From: an uncultured archaeon
Lineage (GTDB): Archaea; Asgardarchaeota; Thorarchaeia; Thorarchaeales; Thorarchaeaceae
Direction: 5' to 3'
Assembly: GCA_964648855.1 (NCBI GenBank)
Contig: CAZYLT010000020.1
Location: forward strand, 15,183-47,182
DNA length: 32,000 nt
Position numbers and translations under genes: made by a program. Under the pieces are notes generated by a model, which did no database searches, was not told where the DNA came from, and worked only from the letters and a program-made list of their open reading frames with translations. Shown here in pieces: positions 26,382 to 32,000 of the stretch (position 1 is the first letter of the stretch; every line of letters starts with the position of its first letter).

Positions 26382-29300
26382 CTATTTCCCTTTCTTCGCT
26401 AGGAGTTTCTGTATCAACAAGATAAGGACGATGCCACCCGCCAGACCCACAAAGACGCCATATGTTGCCATGAAGTCAGATAATGACTCACCTACGGCAC
26501 CAAACGCATCGGGATTGACGACCTGATATTCAAGCGTGGTGGACACTTCATTTCCTGCCCCATCAACCGCAACAAACTCTACCGTGTAGTTTCCATTATC
26601 GAGGGTTGTGGTATCCCACGAGAAGGTTGTTGTGTCGCCGATGTCGTCATCAGCCAGGGACCCATCAACATAGAAGCGGATTTCTTCAATGCCACTTCCC
26701 GCGTCATTTGCCGAGACCATGAATTGGATGACTCCTTGTACAGGTGTAGTTGTTGAGGGCGCCTGCACGCTCATTGCTGGATTCTGTGAGTCTCTCACGA
26801 AGTAATCCAGGGGCTCAGACTCCGATCCGATATACGCGGCTTGCTCAAATACATCGTAAGCAACGACATAGTAGTATACTGTCACTCCATAGCCCTGAGC
26901 AGGAATCACGCCTGTGTATAGAGTTCCTGTCTGCTCCATCTCAACAACATTCCATGATTGGGCACTGGTGAATAGCGCGGTCTGCTCGGTTGCATAATAC
27001 AATGTCACATTCCTGACCTCATTCAGGTCATCGGAAATAACCGATATCGTCACTTCCTCTCCGTACTCTGGTGCAGTTGGATTAACTTGCAGACCATAAG
27101 TAACGGGTGGGGCAACATCATTCTGTACATTTACTGTGATGTTGTCAGTTGCAACGTTGCCAGCGGCATCATATGCAAAAGCTCCAATGCTCTGTGTGCC
27201 ATTGCTTGCCATCCTCGAATCCCAAGTGAAATTGATTGGCGACGAGCTATCGTTATAGACCAGAATTCCACCGTTCCAGATCTCGACATATGCAACGCCA
27301 CTTGATCCAAGTTCGCCGTCATCAGCGGTGATTTCAAATTCAACATCTCCTTCCACGGTTATACCATCAGATGGGTTAGCGATGTTTACAGTTGGATTTG
27401 TGCTGTCCGTGGAAGAATAGCTATAGTACTCACCGGCATTGTCATCCGTGGTTGTCATTCCTGACCTGTCTGTGACTTCTAGGTAATATTCTCTAGAAGT
27501 ACCATAATCTAGCTGCGGCAGAGTCACAGTGTAACCCCCAATGGTGTAATCCCCTTGGGTTTCCGTCCAACTGCCATCATCTCTGTAGTGGACAGAAACT
27601 GACCCGATTCCTGCTAGATTGTCAGTCGCTTCGACATAGATTTCAGTATTCTCATTATATTCTGGTGTCATCGGCGTTTGCGATATCAAGTGAATATCAG
27701 GGGGTCTTACGTCCATGAAATGCAATTCATCGAAGAGAACCGATATCTTTCCTCCATTGGCTCCATTTGCAGAAAAAATGAACTCGGTCATGTTCCAATC
27801 GTGAAGACCAAATGTGGCGTTCAAATCATGTGTGATGTTTCTCTGAATACTCATCCAGCTGCCGGTAGTATTGAAGCCGTCAACGTAATAGTATGCGTAG
27901 TTGGTTGTGTTTCCGGGAGCATATCCATGTGCTCCCAGGATATAGTGCAGCCGATAACTCCCCTCGAAATACATCTCTATCATGGCGAACGTGGAATCAG
28001 AACCGGCATCTAGTGTGTCCAAGCGCCATGTGAAGTCGGTGTAGGTCCATTGGTCAATCTCGAAGTAGGGGCGCCGGTATAGCCCTGTGCTGTCATGAGA
28101 TGTCAGTGTAACGTTTGCCGCATAATCGCCGGTCAGAGAGTCAGATGATTGTGACCAGTAGCTCTTGCTACCTGTCCATAACGGCCAAGATGGAATATTT
28201 TCGGAGTAAGCGAAATCAACCTCAAAACCTGGGTCTCCTAGTGGATAGCCGTTCATAGAATACCGGTCTACCAGAAGGGTTGCTGACGAGTTATCATAGT
28301 TACCCAGATTTACATCGAACTCTCCTTGGTCAACCTCGACCTGCGTTAGATTAAGCTCGACGAGGATATCATACACGTCAATCTGAAAGTGATTCCAAGT
28401 ACCTCTATCTCCAAATCGGGGGGCCTGCAAGTGGTAATAGGCGTATGATGCACCTGTGTTGTTTGTGTTCGTAATTTGGTCTTGGAAGATTCCGAAATAC
28501 CAGTATATTCCTCCGTTTAAAGTTCCATTTCCGAACCAGAGTGTATACCGACCATATTGACCCGGTCCACCGTTGTTGGTGTCTTGATACATCCAATCGA
28601 ACTCGACTGTCAACGTATCCGGTGCCAGAGCGTAATGCCCTTGTCGGTATTGGAATGAGTGATAGATTTCAGAAGTTGCATAAACCGCCGTCCTATTGGT
28701 TGACACTGAAAGATTAGCTGCGTTGCTGCCCTCCGTGCATTCTGAACTATGGGAGAATTCGCCCTTGATGCTAGTAGAAGAATGATACCAATAGCTGCTA
28801 TCACCCGTTTCGAATCCACCATTCTTGATATACTCATACCCCGTGCCGTTTCTCATGTGAACATCATCGAGTAGCAGTTCGCCCATTCCGGCAGGATTGC
28901 TAGGTGATGATATTCTGATGTATAAGTCAGCGATTTCCAAATCCGTAGTAATTGGTCCATTCGAAGCTTCGAAATCACTGGTGATATTCCGACTGAATAG
29001 ATTCCATTGTGCAAAGGTCGTTGTGTTCAAGAAGTAGTATCCATGGCTTGTACTGTTGCTTCCGGGTTGATGTGGACTTGAGAGATAATAGTAGAGATAG
29101 TAGTAGCTACCATTGTACAGCCTAAAGTAGACCCATACCTGACCGTTATCAGATAAATTGGGGTTGCTCAATATGTTGTACGAGAAGTTCAGAACTGTCC
29201 CCTCTGATAGTGTTCCCATGTAATGATCCTCATTACCTCCATTCTTCCTGACTTCTGTAAAGCTACCTGTGTAATCTGTACCCTCTACTTCCAACAGACA

Positions 29301-29606
29301 AGAGTAGGTACCGTTACTAACGTCACCTTCATAGTCAAATTTTACCTCTCTGTGGATTGTAGTATAGACTGACCAAGATCCGCTCGTGCCGTACAAGTCC
29401 TCGTTTTCGAATCCTCCATTTCTGACCAGATTTGGTTTCAGAGACGTGCTTGAACCTGTATCAGATGGAAGCTTTTCTAAATCCATATCAGGTGTTGGCT
29501 TTGCCTTAGTAGCAACCGGCCTTCCGATTGAATGCATAGGCTGAATATTTCCGAGTAACACAAAAACCAAGAATACCCCTATTATGGCGTGTCTAATTCC
29601 TTTCAT
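26382..29606 (-). CDS. Large membrane-anchored surface glycoprotein: three CBM-like jelly-roll repeats plus four Ig-like domains
   Basis: Signal peptide; NGGFE/NGGFE/DPGFE repeat starts spaced 199 and 196 codons; D.AGN Ig-like motifs; C-terminal TM plus KKGK; many N-x-S/T sequons. Confidence 0.85.
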   Translation of the reverse strand: MKGIRHAIIGVFLVFVLLGNIQPMHSIGRPVATKAKPTPDMDLEKLPSDTGSSTSLKPNLVRNGGFENEDLYGTSGSWSVYTTIHREVKFDYEGDVSNGTYSCLLEVEGTDYTGSFTEVRKNGGNEDHYMGTLSEGTVLNFSYNILSNPNLSDNGQVWVYFRLYNGSYYYLYYYLSSPHQPGSNSTSHGYYFLNTTTFAQWNLFSRNITSDFEASNGPITTDLEIADLYIRISSPSNPAGMGELLLDDVHMRNGTGYEYIKNGGFETGDSSYWYHSSTSIKGEFSHSSECTEGSNAANLSVSTNRTAVYATSEIYHSFQYRQGHYALAPDTLTVEFDWMYQDTNNGGPGQYGRYTLWFGNGTLNGGIYWYFGIFQDQITNTNNTGASYAYYHLQAPRFGDRGTWNHFQIDVYDILVELNLTQVEVDQGEFDVNLGNYDNSSATLLVDRYSMNGYPLGDPGFEVDFAYSENIPSWPLWTGSKSYWSQSSDSLTGDYAANVTLTSHDSTGLYRRPYFEIDQWTYTDFTWRLDTLDAGSDSTFAMIEMYFEGSYRLHYILGAHGYAPGNTTNYAYYYVDGFNTTGSWMSIQRNITHDLNATFGLHDWNMTEFIFSANGANGGKISVLFDELHFMDVRPPDIHLISQTPMTPEYNENTEIYVEATDNLAGIGSVSVHYRDDGSWTETQGDYTIGGYTVTLPQLDYGTSREYYLEVTDRSGMTTTDDNAGEYYSYSSTDSTNPTVNIANPSDGITVEGDVEFEITADDGELGSSGVAYVEIWNGGILVYNDSSSPINFTWDSRMASNGTQSIGAFAYDAAGNVATDNITVNVQNDVAPPVTYGLQVNPTAPEYGEEVTISVISDDLNEVRNVTLYYATEQTALFTSAQSWNVVEMEQTGTLYTGVIPAQGYGVTVYYYVVAYDVFEQAAYIGSESEPLDYFVRDSQNPAMSVQAPSTTTPVQGVIQFMVSANDAGSGIEEIRFYVDGSLADDDIGDTTTFSWDTTTLDNGNYTVEFVAVDGAGNEVSTTLEYQVVNPDAFGAVGESLSDFMATYGVFVGLAGGIVLILLIQKLLAKKGK

Positions 29607-29787
29607 GTCTATTCGATTCCTCCAAACGCGAATGGGTGGCTAATGGAATCACTCCTTATATGCTCTTTGAATGCCTTAGCATTCACTTTACTGTTCTTTT
29701 CTAAAACGTCAACTGCTCGATTAAAAATCGGAAATATGCTGGCCGAGGTAGAATCCCCTATAAGGGAACGATATCATGCAATCAACC

Positions 29788-30141
29788 ATGACTGACCTGA
29801 GCAAGATTAAATCAGAGGCTGACATCAGACGCGTCTTATGCGACCGCACTAGATTCGAACAGGATGTCTACGTGGCCACCTCCAAGATTCCAAAGGGAAA
29901 GGTCAGCACCTATGGACGGATTGCGAAAAAGATTGGTCTGCCTAAGGCATATCGTGCAGTGGCAAGCGCGTTGCGCAAGAATCCTCTTCATCCAGTTGTT
30001 CCCTGTCACCGTGTTGTAAAGAATGATGGTAGTTTTGGAGGGGACCCGAAACGCGCGGCTGATAGGCGTAAGCAAGTCATTGAGGAGGGCATCACTGTGA
30101 GAGACGGGCAGGTTCAGCTGGCTGATGATATTCTGTACTAG
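29788..30141 (+). CDS. ogt: Single-domain O6-alkylguanine-DNA alkyltransferase (MGMT family)
   Basis: IPKGKVSTYG.IA, RAVA.AL..NP, active-site PCHRVV; start at ATG 29788 or 29776. Confidence 0.85.
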   Translation: MTDLSKIKSEADIRRVLCDRTRFEQDVYVATSKIPKGKVSTYGRIAKKIGLPKAYRAVASALRKNPLHPVVPCHRVVKNDGSFGGDPKRAADRRKQVIEEGITVRDGQVQLADDILY

Positions 30142-30318
30142 ATGATTGTACTCGGAATAGAACAAAGAAGCATCCAACGTCTTTCTCAGCATGATGTCAT
30201 TAGGACGATTTCACTCGGTTATGGAGATTATATTATGCATTCTTTGGCTTATCGCTTTGGATGGGACAGTGCTTTTTTCATAGGCAGGTATCTTCTAACG
30301 CTCCTGTATTCTTCTCTT

Positions 30319-30951
30319 GGCAAGTGATAAATCGTAATGGTGTTGCGCCTTTGGTGGTTTCTACTGTTAGATTAAGGCTCCAAGTATTCCACATGATTAT
30401 AGTAATCCGAGTATGAAAATGAGGTGTTGCATTGATATCTCGGTTCTTGGTCGTTAGGTGCTGGCCCATTTTATATGTGAAGATTATTCCCATAATTGAT
30501 GCGATGAAGATTGCGGTCACAAAAACAAAATCTAGTTTCTTCCAACCCTGAATATAGAAGCGATTTAGGAACATGAGCTCGTCGCTCGGTGAAAGCCACC
30601 TAGAGCGATGGAAGCGATGGTGGCAATGAATAGCGCATAGTTGATACGCATATCTGATTTTCCCTTCTGCAGAGGTACAAAGCGGGAATTGTAAATTCCC
30701 TCGTCCTCATCACACCAACGAACAACAGTCCATACACGCAGTTTCTCAGTTTTATCATCGAGTTCATCAAAGACTCGCCGCTGTTCACCAATGCCGGAGA
30801 CTTAACCATCAGTATATCGAAAGAGGAACGTTGGCATACTGTACTGCATGGAACTCTCTAAGACCTCAAAGTACTGCCAGAGTGCTGCATTCAGTTCAGT
30901 GAATGTCGGGCAGCTAATGACGCGGCCTTTGTATTCGTTGCGAAATGACAG
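30319..30951 (-). pseudogene. Decayed, 3'-truncated site-2 protease (peptidase M50) pseudogene
   Basis: Manual translation across frames gives INYALFIAT..., IIFT-YKMGQ-HL (degenerate HEMGH), FILGLL*..GILGALI*Q*KPP...YDLSLA; at least four in-frame stops and two frameshifts. Confidence 0.72.
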
Positions 30952-31060
30952 ACTATCGCTCCCTCACCTAGGTGGAAATTAGCTAAGGCTCGGATGGTTT
31001 GGCCATAGGCATAGTGTCCTATGCAGAAGAGCACCATCTACGAAACCCAGAAATCATTCA

Positions 31061-31100
31061 GAAAGAAAAATGTGAAGAGGGCCACCCCTAGGGGGCGGCC
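31061..31100 (-). terminator. GC-rich hairpin plus T-tract terminator of the last gene
   Basis: Minus strand GGCCGCCCC-CTA-GGGGTGGCC, then CTCTTCACATTTTTCTTTC, starting 17 nt past the stop codon. Confidence 0.7.
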
Positions 31101-31116
31101 GCTCCTTTGCTCCGTA

Positions 31117-32000
31117 CTACTTCTTACGCTTGGCAACACAGAGAATGATAATCAGGACACAGACACCTGCAATTAAGAGCAGTAACATTGGGTCATCCAA
31201 GAAACCCGGTGGTATGATGCCTGCAGCCTCTTCGACTTCGACATGCACTGTATTGCTTGCCTCATTACCGGTCCAGTCTACAACCGTGAGCGTATAGCTG
31301 TAGTTGCCAGCCGCAAGACCGTCGATACTGACCTCAATGCTTCCACCAGTCCATTCTTCGGTGGTAATTGCTGTTCCATTCCTGCTGACGATGTACTCTG
31401 CAGGATGGTAGCTGTCAGGATTCCACGCTATCGTATTGCCCGTTTCACCTTCGGTGTAAGAAATATCGGCAGGTGAGTCAATAGTGGGTCCAAAGAGATG
31501 AGCAATGACATTCAGCCATATCTCATCCTTGTCAGCGTATCCTGATTCATCGCTGTCGCCGTCCAATTGGTCGAAGATATACCCCATGGCTATTGTTTTG
31601 CGGTCATTCCTAACCGCGAGTGCACACTTGTTTGTCTGCTCTAACGAACTGGAACCACCCAGGGCGGTCGCGTTGTTGAACACATGGAACAGATCTCCAT
31701 CGTCACTATATGGACCAGCAATCTCAAACGAAGTCGAGCCTAGGTCAATGGGGTTCACATAGATTGGATGTTCTTGGTCCCAGACATAGAATTCGTCATC
31801 TAATGGGTAGTTTTCTGCCCACGCAGCACCCATTATGTTCAGAAGGTCCTCGAAATCGACATAGCCCCAGGCAAAGTTTGCCATGGCAAGATAGCCGCCA
31901 TTCTCAACATGCTCGATTAGCTGATTAATTGATTCATCCACCAAATGGTTGACAGCATCGACTATGACATACTCCCAATCGTACGTTTCGAGCGTCAAAT
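31117..32000 (-). CDS. Membrane-anchored surface protein, C-terminal part (5' end outside the window)
   Basis: Acidic extracellular region, Ig-like P.I.SP.D..Y..G..GN.I.W...D..GN domain, C-terminal TM plus KRKK. Confidence 0.8.
   Translation of the reverse strand, partial: LTLETYDWEYVIVDAVNHLVDESINQLIEHVENGGYLAMANFAWGYVDFEDLLNIMGAAWAENYPLDDEFYVWDQEHPIYVNPIDLGSTSFEIAGPYSDDGDLFHVFNNATALGGSSSLEQTNKCALAVRNDRKTIAMGYIFDQLDGDSDESGYADKDEIWLNVIAHLFGPTIDSPADISYTEGETGNTIAWNPDSYHPAEYIVSRNGTAITTEEWTGGSIEVSIDGLAAGNYSYTLTVVDWTGNEASNTVHVEVEEAAGIIPPGFLDDPMLLLLIAGVCVLIIILCVAKRKK

Noticed and set aside
30278-30809. ORFs 30278-30574 and 30600-30809 as independent genes
   Set aside because: The first is a fragment of the M50 pseudogene; the second is an off-frame shadow of it.
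1-32000. Remaining short antisense or nested ORFs; CRISPR arrays, tRNA/rRNA, transposases, DGR repeats
   Set aside because: Short ORFs are shadows of well-supported genes; no regularly spaced repeats, cloverleafs, transposase or reverse-transcriptase motifs were seen by eye.

Overview
Gene-dense chromosomal segment of an archaeon, most likely an Asgard archaeon. A Thorarchaeia-like assignment is an inference from two Rab-like GTPases, a WD40 protein, a roadblock protein, ribosomal protein eS26, a diphthamide-less EF-2 paralog and Ig-repeat surface proteins. Gene order: cofE (partial), larC, polB2 plus its small partner gene, membrane protein, rps26e, Fe-S flavoprotein, Rab-WD40-Rab cluster, frameshifted membrane protein, roadblock-thioredoxin(KaiB-like)-KaiC-KaiC-TPR cluster, EF-2 paralog, hexapeptide acyltransferase, Lrp regulator with a Cys-rich tail, thyA divergent from redoxin-nrdD (nrdD carries a 532-aa LAGLIDADG intein), DUF2254 protein, adenosine deaminase, a 1074-aa surface protein, a single-domain MGMT, a heavily decayed site-2 protease pseudogene not resolved by the ORF track, and a partial surface protein. 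The top candidate for a new system is the roadblock / KaiB-like thioredoxin / CI-like KaiC / CII-like KaiC / TPR cluster, which looks like a split, redox-sensing KaiBC-type module. No rRNA, tRNA, CRISPR array or transposase was seen. All family assignments come from motif recognition and remembered reference sequences; no searches were run.
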